From Candidatus Iainarchaeum sp. (GTDB lineage Archaea > Iainarchaeota > Iainarchaeia > Iainarchaeales > JAAZKV01): a stretch of DNA of 64,000 nt. The DNA lies in contig JAPLVR010000003.1 in NCBI GenBank assembly GCA_026397015.1, forward strand, positions 256,001-320,000, given 5' to 3'. Below are positions 19,614 to 29,094 of the stretch, in pieces. The notes below the pieces were generated by a model. It searched no databases and was not told the DNA's origin. It saw only the letters and a list, made by a program, of their open reading frames with translations. Within the stretch, counting starts at the first letter, position 1, and the number at the start of each line of letters is the position of its first letter. The position numbers and the translations under genes are program-made.

Positions 19614-19829
19614 GCAGGGGTTCCCGAGCGGTCAAAGGGGCAGGACTTAAGCAGCCTTTTTAAAAAAAAGGCTGGCGAAAAAAAGCTAGCGCGGCAGCCT
19701 TTTAAAAAAAAGGTCGTGATGAATTAAACTCATCACGCTTCGCAAAAGCTTTGCTTTTGCTTAATGGAGAAAAGGTTTGAGTAATCCTGTGGCTTAGTGC
19801 CTTCAAGAGTTCGAATCTCTTCCCCTGCA
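19614..19829 (+). tRNA. tRNA-Leu(UAA) with a 132-nt intron at 37/38 (19652..19783)
   Basis: Acceptor stem GCAGGGG/CCCCTGC, anticodon arm CAGGA-CTTAAG|A-TCCTG, long variable arm, TTCGAAT T-loop. Canonical BHB: CUUA/UGAG helix with AGC and UAA bulges. Mature length 84 nt; CCA is not encoded. Confidence 0.95.
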
Positions 19830-19894
19830 TAGGGTCAAGAAAAAAAATAAGAAAATCGAATTTAATAATTAATTAAGATAGAAAGTGAAAAAAA

Positions 19895-20245
19895 ATGACA
19901 AAAAAATTGGAAACGGTAAAGCTGATTGCGGCGCTCGAAAAGAAAGGCCGCAAGACCAAGAAAAAATTATGGAAGGACCTTGCGGAAAGGCTCGGAAGCC
20001 CGAGAAGAAATGAGGCTGTTATAAATGTCGGAAAAATAAACGCAATCGCGAAAAAACAAAAAGGAAAAACAATAATTGTTCCCGGAAAGGTTCTTGGAAA
20101 AGGAGACCTTGAAGAAAAGGTGACTGTTGTGGCGGTTGAAGCGTCGGCGGAAGCGGCAAAAAAAATCGCGGAAAAGGGAAAATTTATTTTGTTAAAGGAT
20201 TACATTGAAAAAGGGGAAACAAAAAACACTGTAATTGTAAAATAA
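19895..20245 (+). CDS. rpl18e: 50S ribosomal protein L18e
   Basis: W..LA..L..PRR, NVGKI, VPGKVLG.G. Confidence 0.96.
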   Translation: MTKKLETVKLIAALEKKGRKTKKKLWKDLAERLGSPRRNEAVINVGKINAIAKKQKGKTIIVPGKVLGKGDLEEKVTVVAVEASAEAAKKIAEKGKFILLKDYIEKGETKNTVIVK

Positions 20246-20296
20246 AATGCGAACAAAAAATTTATTTGGAATGAATAAAAAAATTAAAAAAAGGTA

Positions 20297-20722
20297 ATGG
20301 GAATGTTGGTTGATGCAAACGGAAGGATTGCGGGAAGGCTTTCCACAAGAATAGCGAAAGCGCTGATAAACGGCGAGAAGGTAATACTGATTAATGCGGA
20401 AGGAGCGTTAATAATTGGAACAAAAGAGGACATCTTGGAAAAGTTCAGGAGAAAAATCGATGCAAGCGTGAAATCAAACCCTGACTACGGCCCGAAATAC
20501 GACAGGATTCCGAGCAGGATGCTGAAGAAAATGGTGAAGGGAATGCTGCCGAACAAAAGCAGAACCGTTGAAAGATTGCTGAAAAATTTGAAGGTTTATA
20601 ATGCCGTGCCGAAAGAAATGAAGGACAAAAAATTTGACGATGTCGGAGCGGAAAAATATGACGAAAGGCATGATTTCATGACTCTTAAAGAAATTGCATG
20701 CATGTTCGGTGGAAGATGGTAA
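20297..20722 (+). CDS. rpl13: 50S ribosomal protein L13 (uL13)
   Basis: DA....GRL...AK.L..GE.V...NAE, GP, GMLP. Confidence 0.96.
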   Translation: MGMLVDANGRIAGRLSTRIAKALINGEKVILINAEGALIIGTKEDILEKFRRKIDASVKSNPDYGPKYDRIPSRMLKKMVKGMLPNKSRTVERLLKNLKVYNAVPKEMKDKKFDDVGAEKYDERHDFMTLKEIACMFGGRW

Positions 20723-21276
20723 AAATGGAAGAAGCGGTAAAGATGGAAGAAAAGAAAATCGTTGAAAGCGCAGGGGTGCCAGTGGGCGTGTTGATCGGGG
20801 CGCCTGTTGAAGAAACTATGGACATTGATGATTTAGACGAAGTAATTGACGTGAAAAAAAAGGTCAAGGCTGCTTCAAAGAGGGCCGGAATGATTGTTAA
20901 GGCAAAGAAAAAAACAGCCGTTGCAAGGGGGGTAATAAAAAAAGGAACCGGAAAAATAAAGGTAAACAAGATGAATCTGAAAGCATATGCGATGGGTTAT
21001 GTGCTTGAATTTATTTCGGAGCCCCTGAAGCTTGCGAAAGACGATTTTAAGGATTATGACATCACAATAACAGTAAAGGGTTCGGGATTCATGAGTCAGG
21101 CAGTTGCGATAAGGGCTTGCATAGCAAAGGCAATCGTGAGGGCGAAGGGCAAAAAATACAAGGAAATATTCAACAATTTCGACAGAATGCTTCTTGTTGA
21201 CGATGTGAGAAAGGTTGAGAGCAAAAAGCCGCTTGGAAGAAAAGCGAGGAAAAAGTGGCAGCACAGCAAAAGGTAA
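20716..21276 (+). CDS. rps9: 30S ribosomal protein S9 (uS9) with acidic N-terminal extension
   Basis: KKTAVAR, G.G...QA.A.R, DR.LLV.D.R..E.KK, AR...Q.SKR. Confidence 0.96.
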   Translation: MVKMEEAVKMEEKKIVESAGVPVGVLIGAPVEETMDIDDLDEVIDVKKKVKAASKRAGMIVKAKKKTAVARGVIKKGTGKIKVNKMNLKAYAMGYVLEFISEPLKLAKDDFKDYDITITVKGSGFMSQAVAIRACIAKAIVRAKGKKYKEIFNNFDRMLLVDDVRKVESKKPLGRKARKKWQHSKR

Positions 21277-21335
21277 ATGGTGTTTTGGAAAATTGTGCGT
21301 TATTGGAAAAATTTGTTTTTTGAGGTGTTGGTTGG

Positions 21336-21530
21336 ATGATAATGCCGGTAAGATGTTTTTCATGCGGAAAACCCGTTGCGGGATTTTATGAGGAATTCAA
21401 AGAAAGAACTGAAAAAGGGGAAAGCCCTGAAAAAGTTCTTGACGATTTAAAGGTGAAAAGATATTGCTGCAGAAGGATGCTTCTGGGGCACGCGGACCTC
21501 ATTGACGAAGTAATGAAATACAAAAAATAA
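21336..21530 (+). CDS. rpoN: DNA-directed RNA polymerase subunit N (Rpo10)
   Basis: [18 protein letters not shown]. Confidence 0.97.
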   Translation: MIMPVRCFSCGKPVAGFYEEFKERTEKGESPEKVLDDLKVKRYCCRRMLLGHADLIDEVMKYKK

Positions 21531-21548
21531 GGAAAAACGTGAAAATGC

Positions 21549-22355
21549 ATGAAAAGAAAAACGGAAGAAGCGATTGAAAAGGAAAATTTGCGAAGGCGCG
21601 AGAGGGCAAAGGCGGAAGCAAATGCCAACCCCGACGGGGAAGAAGCGATTAAAGAAGTGGATGAGGTGATCGTTGGAACGGCAAGCAATCTGTTGGCAGA
21701 AACAGAAAAATATTTGAAGAGCGGAGTTCACATAGGCACGAAATTCAAAAGCGATGAGATGAAGAGGTACATAAGGAAAAAAAGAAGCGACGGCCTGATG
21801 ATGTTTGACATCGAAACAATCGATAAGAGAATAAGAATGGTTGGAAAAATACTTGCAAAGTACAGGGGAGAAGAAATTGCAGTTGTTTCAAGAAGGCTTT
21901 ACGGGCACAAAGCGCTGAAAAAGTTTGCCGCGATGACGGGCGCAAAAATATTCATTTCAAGGTTCATTCCGGGCACATTTACCAATCCGAATTCACGCGG
22001 ATTCTTTGAACCGAAAATAATTATGGTTTGCGACCCGATGAGCGATTTCCAGGCGGTAAAGGAAGCTGCTTCAATAAGAATCCCTATAATAGCGATTGCA
22101 GGAAGCGAATCGCCGCTTAAAAATGTCGATTTGATAATAGCCGCAAACAACAAGGGAAGAAAATCTTTGGCATTAATATTCTACCTGATTACACGGGAAA
22201 TCCTGGCCGAGAGGGGGGAAATTTCAAGAGAAAATTTTAAGGAAAAAATAGAGGATTTCGAGCAGGAAGTGGAGGAAAAAAAACTCGAAGAGGCCAAGAA
22301 AAAATTTACAACAAGGCGCTTCAGCAGGGGCGGCTTTAGGCGCCAAAACCGATAA
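21549..22355 (+). CDS. rps2: 30S ribosomal protein S2 (uS2)
   Basis: YL.SGVHIGT, RFIPGTFTNP, EP, NNKGR.SLA. Confidence 0.97.
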   Translation: MKRKTEEAIEKENLRRRERAKAEANANPDGEEAIKEVDEVIVGTASNLLAETEKYLKSGVHIGTKFKSDEMKRYIRKKRSDGLMMFDIETIDKRIRMVGKILAKYRGEEIAVVSRRLYGHKALKKFAAMTGAKIFISRFIPGTFTNPNSRGFFEPKIIMVCDPMSDFQAVKEAASIRIPIIAIAGSESPLKNVDLIIAANNKGRKSLALIFYLITREILAERGEISRENFKEKIEDFEQEVEEKKLEEAKKKFTTRRFSRGGFRRQNR

Positions 22356-22432
22356 AAGAAGTGGTTAAAACCGCTTTAAATCACTCTTTAACATGCCCAA
22401 ATTGTTTGTGAAGGAATACTACCGAGAGTAAG

Positions 22433-22466
22433 TTTATAAACCAATTAAGCTCCCTATATATAGGGA
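22433..22466 (+). promoter_or_regulatory. TATA box plus perfect 16-bp palindrome (candidate operator) upstream of the TrmB-like gene
   Basis: TTTATAAA at 22433-22440 and TCCCTATATATAGGGA at 22451-22466. Confidence 0.55.
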
Positions 22467-22488
22467 ATAAGTGAATACAGTGGGCGAT

Positions 22489-23229
22489 ATGGGCGAAACT
22501 GATCCGAACACTCTGCTGGAGAAGCTCGGGCTTACGGAATACGAGGCAAGGACTGTAAGCACGCTATTCAAGCTTAAGGAAGCGGAAGCGCCGGCTATTT
22601 CAAGAAGCGCACAGGTTCCAAAAACCAGGGTTTACGATGTCTTGGAAAAACTTATTGAAAGAAATATTATAATCGAAATAAAGGGCAGGCCAAAACTTTA
22701 CAGAATCATTGAACCGGAAAAAGCAATCGATTCGCTGATAACTGCAAAAAAGGAACAATTGAGAGAACTTGAAAAAGACGCCGTTTCCTTGAAAGAAAGC
22801 ATCATTACCTATCCGGACAAAGACGAATTCGGGGAAAAAATGATGAAGGTCAAGGACAAACAGGACTTCGAAAAAATATTGGGGCAGGAACTTTCAAAAG
22901 CGAACAAAACCATACAAGGACTTACGGAAATCACTGATGACCACGACATAATATACGAAGAGCTGGTGAAAGCGAAAAAAAGAAATGTTACAATAAAACT
23001 CTTGAACGCATACCAGTCAAAGAGGCTTAAGGACTGCTGTAAAGTCAGGCATCTTGAACACGGGCTTAATGCATTTATAATCGACGGAAAAAAAGTCGTG
23101 CTTGCAATTTCGGATTTCAAAAAGTCGAAGCCGGCGTACCATTTCACAATCCTGAACGACCATCAGCCGGTGGCAAACGCGCTCTCGCATTATTTCAACG
23201 CGCAATGGGAAAGCGGAAAAGAATACTGA
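22489..23229 (+). CDS. TrmB-family transcriptional regulator
   Basis: LGLTEYEA..., wHTH VPKTRVYDVLEKL, G.P..Y, coiled coil, PLD-like C-terminal IIDGK. Confidence 0.9.
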   Translation: MGETDPNTLLEKLGLTEYEARTVSTLFKLKEAEAPAISRSAQVPKTRVYDVLEKLIERNIIIEIKGRPKLYRIIEPEKAIDSLITAKKEQLRELEKDAVSLKESIITYPDKDEFGEKMMKVKDKQDFEKILGQELSKANKTIQGLTEITDDHDIIYEELVKAKKRNVTIKLLNAYQSKRLKDCCKVRHLEHGLNAFIIDGKKVVLAISDFKKSKPAYHFTILNDHQPVANALSHYFNAQWESGKEY

Positions 23230-23351
23230 TTTTCATTTCGACTTCCAAGCTCGCCGACACAAAAGAATAAAATAACTCCCCCACTTCCTTCTTTTAAGGG
23301 TACAAATCCCAATAACGCTTGGGCGCTGCAAACCCGGAAGCGGTGCGGAAG

Positions 23352-25019
23352 ATGGAAAAAGTAAGGGCAATGGCGCTGAAGTACGCCATCAAGAACGCCT
23401 ATTCCCATGGGGGAAAGGCGGATGTCGGCGCGGTAATAGGAAAAATGAAGGCGCTTTTCCCCGACCTTGATATTGCGAAAGCTATGCCTCACATAAGCGG
23501 AGCGGTGAAAGAGGCAAACGAAATGAAAAAAGAACAGCTCGAAAAAAAGTTTTTGGAGTTTGAAAAAGAAGGGTGGGAGCTAAAACACGTTGAAAAGGAA
23601 AAAACGCTTCCCGAATTAGAGTGGATCGGAAAAGAAAAATTGGTCACAAGGGTTGCGCCGAACCCGAGCGGAGCGATGCACCTCGGCCATGCAAGGCCGG
23701 CAATTCTAACGGATGAATATGTGAAAAAGTACGGCGGAAAATATATTCTCAGGTTTGATGACACCGACCCGAAAATAAAGGTGCCTGTCGCGGGAATCGA
23801 AAAAGAGTTTTTGGGGGAATTTAGGTGGCTGGGAATAAAAATTGATGAAACTGCGAATGCGTCCGACAACTTGAAAGAATATTACAATGTTGTCGAAGAG
23901 CTAATCAAAAAAGGAAAAGCCTATGTCTGTTTTTGCGAAGCTGAAGAATGGAGAAAACTAATCTCAAAATCAAAGGAATGCCCCTGCAGAAAAAAGGATG
24001 AAAAGGAACAGATGGAAGAATGGAAGAAAATGCTAACGCACGAAATCAAAGAAGGCGAAGCCGTTGTAAGGATAAAAACTGACTTGAAAAACAAGGACCC
24101 GAGCGTAAGGGACTGGTGGCTGGCAAAAGTTGTTGATGCGGTGGAGCATCCGAACAGGGAAGCCGCGAAAATGCACGTGTGGCCGAGCTACAACCTTGCA
24201 TCCTCGGTTGACGACCATCGGATGGAAATAAATTTCATAATAAGGGGGCAGGAGCACGCGCAAAATGAAACAAAACAACGCTACTTATACGAATACATGA
24301 AATGGAAGTATCCTCACGCGCTCTACCACGGGAAGCTCGCGAAGGTCGGGGACATGCTCTTGAGCAAGAGCAAAATAAGCGAACTGATGAAAAAAGGGAG
24401 CATCACTTCGGATGACGACCCGCGGCTGGCAACGCTAAAAGCGTTAAGGAGAAGGGGTTTTACCCCGCAGGCGATTAGGAAAATAATTGTTGATATGGGC
24501 GTGAATCCGAGCGAGGCGAAGGTTTCGATGGAAAACTTTGCGGCGGCAAACAAATCTGTGCTCGGGAATGTTGCAGAATTTCCTTTTTTTGAAGAAGCGG
24601 TTGAAGTAGAAGCGTATAACGTTGGGAACGGCGCAGGGGAATGCTACGGAGAAAAAATCGAATTTGAGGGGCCAATTGAAAAATTTTTGGTGGACAAAAA
24701 GGAACTGAAAAGGCACAAAGCCGGAGAAATTATCAGGTTCAAGAAGGCTTTCAATGTTAAGCTGGACGAGGTTTCGGAATATGGAGGAAAAGCAACATTC
24801 TCTTCCTACTCAAAAGCGGATGCGAATTATCCAATCGTTTCATGGCTTGAGAACCAGGTTGATGTTGAACTTTTAATGAGCGATGGAACTAAGAAAATGG
24901 GTTTCACTGCGCCGAGCATTTTGGAAGCGAGTGGAGTAATCCACTTTGAAGGCGTAGGGTACGCGAATATTGAAGCGAAATCGGAAGGAATGGTTAAGTG
25001 CGTTTTTAGTTACGAATAA
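23352..25019 (+). CDS. gltX: Glutamate--tRNA ligase (archaeal type)
   Basis: AIKNAY.HGGKA, R.APNPSG..HLGH, RFDDTDP, WP.YN, LSKS, DDPRL.T. Confidence 0.96.
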   Translation: MEKVRAMALKYAIKNAYSHGGKADVGAVIGKMKALFPDLDIAKAMPHISGAVKEANEMKKEQLEKKFLEFEKEGWELKHVEKEKTLPELEWIGKEKLVTRVAPNPSGAMHLGHARPAILTDEYVKKYGGKYILRFDDTDPKIKVPVAGIEKEFLGEFRWLGIKIDETANASDNLKEYYNVVEELIKKGKAYVCFCEAEEWRKLISKSKECPCRKKDEKEQMEEWKKMLTHEIKEGEAVVRIKTDLKNKDPSVRDWWLAKVVDAVEHPNREAAKMHVWPSYNLASSVDDHRMEINFIIRGQEHAQNETKQRYLYEYMKWKYPHALYHGKLAKVGDMLLSKSKISELMKKGSITSDDDPRLATLKALRRRGFTPQAIRKIIVDMGVNPSEAKVSMENFAAANKSVLGNVAEFPFFEEAVEVEAYNVGNGAGECYGEKIEFEGPIEKFLVDKKELKRHKAGEIIRFKKAFNVKLDEVSEYGGKATFSSYSKADANYPIVSWLENQVDVELLMSDGTKKMGFTAPSILEASGVIHFEGVGYANIEAKSEGMVKCVFSYE

Positions 25020-25135
25020 TAAAAATATCTCAGAGTTTTTTGAACAGGGAATATAAAACTGCACAAATTTAATTAAAGTTTAAAAAATTTTTTCAAATAG
25101 AATATTCTAAATCCATAAATCGGTGTGAATAATAA

Positions 25136-25558
25136 ATGCAAACCGCCTATAAAGTACACAAATTAATTAATCGCGAACGGAAAAAGCGTGGTTTGCATCA
25201 TTTGCAATGGGATAGGAGGCTTGCAAAATTAGCCTTCAGACAAGCCAAATATTGTTCCAAAGTTCATCGGCTAGTACATTCTAAACGCTATGCTTTTCAG
25301 GGGGGAGAGAATCTAGCACTGGGCGGGAGACATTTTAATCCAAAGGCCATTGTAACTTGTTGGATGCATAGTAAAGCTGGCCATAGAGAGTATCTATTAA
25401 GTCCTCGAGCAACAAAGGCTGGCGTGGGAGTAGTAAAATCCCGCAAAAAGACGTATGTAGCATGGGCGTTTAGTGATGAATTCACTATCGAGTCCTTACA
25501 CATTCCAAGAAAAATTAGAAAACTAATTCAGGGATTCGCAACTTTTCTTAATAGATAA
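25136..25558 (+). CDS. CAP (SCP/PR-1) domain protein
   Basis: LIN.ER...GL..L.WD..L...A, GENLA, V..WM.S.GHR..LL, GVG. Confidence 0.88.
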   Translation: MQTAYKVHKLINRERKKRGLHHLQWDRRLAKLAFRQAKYCSKVHRLVHSKRYAFQGGENLALGGRHFNPKAIVTCWMHSKAGHREYLLSPRATKAGVGVVKSRKKTYVAWAFSDEFTIESLHIPRKIRKLIQGFATFLNR

Positions 25559-25611
25559 ATAATAAAAAAACTCTTTTTTTGGAACAGGTGCTCCGCTTTT
25601 TAAAACTTTCT

Positions 25612-25772
25612 GGGGCAAGGGTTTACTGCAGAATGGCTAGTTTCTGCCAATGAAACTGATGTCAAAGCAGTTGATTGTGCCGAACGAATGTGAGGCAAGC
25701 TGTATCGAGCCCAAAGGCGAAGATACTGCCCGCATGTCAACTGGGCGCGACAGTTGAAGTGGAGGTGTTTTA
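25612..25772 (+). promoter_or_regulatory. Structured 5' leader of rpl7ae (candidate K-turn autoregulatory element)
   Basis: Follows TTTTTAAA. Contains stems GCAGAA/TTCTGC, AACTG/CAGTT flanked by TGA/GA, GTATC/GATAC with a GA/GAA internal loop, and TCAACTG/CAGTTGA before the GGAGGTG SD. Confidence 0.5.
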
Positions 25773-26132
25773 ATGGCGGGATATGTAAAGGTTGAGCTTA
25801 CAGCGGAGCTTAAAAAAGAAGTCGCTGACCTTTTGGACAAATCAAAGAAGGGAAAAATAAAAGCGGGAATCAACGAAGTGACTAAGGCAATTGAGAGGGG
25901 TAACGCGAAATTCGTGGTAATAGCGGAGGACGTAAGCCCTGCGGAAATAGTAATGCACTTGCCTTTGCTTTGCAACGAAAAGCAGGTTCCGTGCGCGTAC
26001 ATTGCAACCAAGAAAGAACTCGGAGAAAAATCGGGCATGAATGTGCCGACTTCTTCAGTTGCGATAATAAAATCGCCTGTTGAAAAGGAGCTCCAGAATC
26101 TTGGAAGCAAAATCGCGGAGCTGAAGAAGTAA
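25773..26132 (+). CDS. rpl7ae: 50S ribosomal protein L7Ae
   Basis: G.NE.TKAIERG.AK.V.IAEDV.P.EIV.HLP.LC.EK. Confidence 0.98.
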   Translation: MAGYVKVELTAELKKEVADLLDKSKKGKIKAGINEVTKAIERGNAKFVVIAEDVSPAEIVMHLPLLCNEKQVPCAYIATKKELGEKSGMNVPTSSVAIIKSPVEKELQNLGSKIAELKK

Positions 26133-26155
26133 ACTTTGCGGAAGGGGAATAAAAA

Positions 26156-26362
26156 ATGGAAGATGAAAGGGGAACTCCTGCAGAGGTAGTTGAAATAGTA
26201 AAGAGAACCGGCGTTCACGGAGAGGTAACGCAGCTTCTGTGCAAAATACTTGAGGGACCGGAACAGGGAAGGGTAAAACGAAGGAACATCAAGGGGTTGG
26301 TGCAGAAGGGCGACATATTAATCCTGCTGAACACGGAAAGGGAAGCAAAAGAAATCAAGTAG
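26156..26362 (+). CDS. rps28e: 30S ribosomal protein S28e
   Basis: PAEV.EI..RTG..GE..Q, RN.KG, EREA. Confidence 0.96.
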   Translation: MEDERGTPAEVVEIVKRTGVHGEVTQLLCKILEGPEQGRVKRRNIKGLVQKGDILILLNTEREAKEIK

Positions 26363-26371
26363 GTGATATGA

Positions 26372-26620
26372 ATGGTGAAATGCGCATTTTGCGGCGAGGA
26401 TTTGCCGCTCGGCGGGGGAAAAATGTACGTCAAAAAAGAAGGGGCGGTTTTTTACTTCTGCTCGAGCAAGTGCGAAAAAAACCAAATCGGCTTGGGAAGA
26501 AAACCTGCAAAAACCGATTGGACGGAAGAGCACTACAAGTTGAAAAAAATTTCCGCACCTGAAAGAAAGCAGGCAAAGGAAGAAGGCGGCGGGAAAAAAA
26601 AAGATGAAAATGTTGTCTGA
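26372..26620 (+). CDS. rpl24e: 50S ribosomal protein L24e
   Basis: C.FCG, G.MYV, FCSSKC.K, R.P....WT. Confidence 0.96.
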   Translation: MVKCAFCGEDLPLGGGKMYVKKEGAVFYFCSSKCEKNQIGLGRKPAKTDWTEEHYKLKKISAPERKQAKEEGGGKKKDENVV

Positions 26621-26740
26621 ATCCGGAAATTTTTTTCAAATAAAAAATTAAAAAATCGCCTAAAAAGAAGCGATAAGAAAAATGAAAAGCGGTGAAAGGA
26701 AATAGCTGTGAGAGTAATTGCAAAAACGGTTGTGATTGAA

Positions 26741-28504
26741 ATGATAAGGCAGCCGATAATAACTGTGTTGGGTCATGTCGACCATGGAAAAACGAGCCTC
26801 CTTGACGCGATAAGGAACACGGCGGTGGCTTCGAGGGAGGCGGGGGCGATAACGCAACACATAGGCGCAACGGAAGTTCCATTAAAGGCAATAATGAAAA
26901 CTGCCGGTCCGCTCATAAAAAAATTTGGATTCGATTTGAAAATTCCGGGGCTGCTTTTTGTAGATACCCCGGGGCACGAGGCATTTACAAACCTGCGAAA
27001 ACGCGGAGGAAAAATTGCGGATTTGGCGGTACTAACGATTGATGCCACGCAGGGGCTGCAGAAACAAACAATCGAAGCAATCGAAATTCTGCGGGAATAC
27101 AAGGTTCCTTTCATAATTGCGATGAACAAAATCGATTTGCTGAATTTTTATTCCTCAAAAGAAGGAAGTTTTTTGGAAAATTTTTCAACCCAAAACGAGA
27201 ACACGAAAAAACTTATGGAAGAAAAGCTTTACACCCTCGTCGGACAACTGTACAAGCACGGGTTCGAGGGCGAAAGGTTCGACAGGTGCGAATTCGGAAA
27301 ACAAATACCAATCGTGCCGTGTTCGGCGGAAACAAAGGAAGGGATTCCTGAAATCCTGACTCTGCTTGCCGGGCTTTCACAAAAGTATTTGGCAAAACAG
27401 CTGGAAATAAGCGAAGGTGAGAGGGGAGAGGCGGCGGTGCTGGAAGAGAAAGAAGAGAAGGGGCTTGGAAAAACAATCGATGTTATTCTTTACAAGGGAA
27501 CGCTAAGCGTGAATGACCCGATTGCTGTTGTAGGAAAAAACGGGGTAATTGAAACCAAGATAAGGGCACTGCTGCAGCCAAAACCGTTGCAGGAAATAAG
27601 GAACACTAACGAAAAATTTAACTCCGTGAAAAAGGTTTTCGCCGCAACAGGGGTAAAAATTGCCGCGCCAAATCTTGAAGGAATTGTTGCTGGAACAACG
27701 CTTCTTGTCGAGGCGACTGGAAACGAAAAACGGGAACTGGAAAACGAAATGGAAAGCATAAAGATTGATTCCACGAACAAGGGAATAATTTTAAAGGCGG
27801 ACGCGATAGGGTCTCTTGAAGCGCTCATCGGGCTTTTGAAAAAAGAGGGAATACCGATAAGAAAAGCCGATATCGGAAATGTAAACAGAAAAGATGTGAT
27901 GGAAGCGTCGTCTCTTTTGGAAGAAGAAAAAACGCTTGCATGCATTCTGGCTTTCAATGTCGAAGTGGAAAAAGAAGCCGGAAAAGAAGCGGAAAAAAAT
28001 GGGGTTCAGCTTTTCGATGAGAAGGTGATTTACAAACTTTTGGATGATTACAAGGAATGGTCCGAGAAAACGAAACGCGCTGCAAAGGAGCAAAAGCTTT
28101 CCTGCCTAGTGATGCCCGTTGAGTTCGAAGTGCTGCGCGGAAACATTTTCAGGAACACGAAGCCGGCAATCGTCGGAGTAAAAATTCTTGGCGGAAAACT
28201 GCGCGAAGGCTGGAAGGTCATGAACAAAGAGGGAAAAATAATCGGCAAGGTAGAAGGAATGCAAAAAAATTCAAAAAGCGTAAAGGAAGGAGCCAAGGGG
28301 GATGAGATAGCGGTGTCAATAAGAGGCGCCAATGTCGGAAGAAATCTTTTCGAAGGCGACCACCTATTCTCATGCATACCTGAAAGCCATTACTGTGAAT
28401 TGCAGTGCTGCCTGGAAGATCTTTCGGAAGAGGAAAAATCCCTGCTTGAAAAAATAAAAGAAAAACAATTAAACTTAGGACAAAATAAGGAGGAAGCAGC
28501 ATGA
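26741..28504 (+). CDS. infB: Translation initiation factor aIF5B (IF-2)
   Basis: IRQPI..VLGHVDHGKT, EAGAITQHIGA, DTPGHEAF, NKID, KAD..GSLEAL. Confidence 0.98.
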   Translation: MIRQPIITVLGHVDHGKTSLLDAIRNTAVASREAGAITQHIGATEVPLKAIMKTAGPLIKKFGFDLKIPGLLFVDTPGHEAFTNLRKRGGKIADLAVLTIDATQGLQKQTIEAIEILREYKVPFIIAMNKIDLLNFYSSKEGSFLENFSTQNENTKKLMEEKLYTLVGQLYKHGFEGERFDRCEFGKQIPIVPCSAETKEGIPEILTLLAGLSQKYLAKQLEISEGERGEAAVLEEKEEKGLGKTIDVILYKGTLSVNDPIAVVGKNGVIETKIRALLQPKPLQEIRNTNEKFNSVKKVFAATGVKIAAPNLEGIVAGTTLLVEATGNEKRELENEMESIKIDSTNKGIILKADAIGSLEALIGLLKKEGIPIRKADIGNVNRKDVMEASSLLEEEKTLACILAFNVEVEKEAGKEAEKNGVQLFDEKVIYKLLDDYKEWSEKTKRAAKEQKLSCLVMPVEFEVLRGNIFRNTKPAIVGVKILGGKLREGWKVMNKEGKIIGKVEGMQKNSKSVKEGAKGDEIAVSIRGANVGRNLFEGDHLFSCIPESHYCELQCCLEDLSEEEKSLLEKIKEKQLNLGQNKEEAA

Positions 28505-28977
28505 AATTCGTTGTAAGCGAGCCAAAAACGAGAAAGGCATACAGCATGAACTCGGACAAAATAACTTTTGCCGGAAAAAAAATCGGCGAAGTGATAAAAT
28601 TGGACGAGGTCGGGCTGCCCGGCTATGAAGGAAAAATAACCGGCGGAAGCGACAAACAGGGATTCCCGATGAACAAATCCGTTCAAGGGGCCATGAGAAA
28701 AAAAATATTCACAGGAAACGGAGTAGGCTTCAATGCCGAAAGAAAAGGCGAGCGAAAAAGGGTTTCAGTGAGGGGCAACACAGTAAGCGAAGAAACTGCA
28801 CAGGTAAATCTAGTGGTGACAAAAGTTGGCTCTGTTGAACTGGACAAAATTCTGGCAAAGGGCGCTCCAAAAGAAGAGGATACACTAACTGCAAAAGAAA
28901 GGGCTGTAAAAACAAGCCTCGAAATGGCCGGCAGTGCTGAACTCGGAGCCGCACCGAAAAAAACAGGCAGGCACTAA
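28501..28977 (+). CDS. rps6e: 30S ribosomal protein S6e
   Basis: G.KIGE, ITGGSD..GFPM, GER.R..VRGN. Confidence 0.96.
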   Translation: MKFVVSEPKTRKAYSMNSDKITFAGKKIGEVIKLDEVGLPGYEGKITGGSDKQGFPMNKSVQGAMRKKIFTGNGVGFNAERKGERKRVSVRGNTVSEETAQVNLVVTKVGSVELDKILAKGAPKEEDTLTAKERAVKTSLEMAGSAELGAAPKKTGRH

Positions 28978-29002
28978 AAATAGTTCGAAAGAATTTGGGT
29001 TT

Positions 29003-29094
29003 GTTTTCGCGCTTCAGCGCTTGAAAACGGAAGCCAGGAGGCTTCATCCGTCGCCTAAGGCGACGGTTTTCGCCGGCCTTTTGTCAAAAGGCCG
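29003..29094. repeat. Cassette of four tandem GC-rich inverted repeats between rps6e and eif2g
   Basis: GTTTTC-GCGCT/AGCGC-GAAAAC, GAAGCC/GGCTTC, CCGTCGCC/GGCGACGG, CGGCCTTTT/AAAAGGCCG. Confidence 0.8.

Noticed and set aside
19716-19783. Box C (GTGATGA) in the tRNA intron suggesting an intronic C/D guide RNA
   Set aside because: Box C is sequestered in a perfect hairpin and there is no CTGA box D downstream within the intron.
25700-25730. GAA/A-type internal loop resembling an archaeal SECIS
   Set aside because: The polarity is reversed and no in-frame UGA selenoprotein candidate is nearby.
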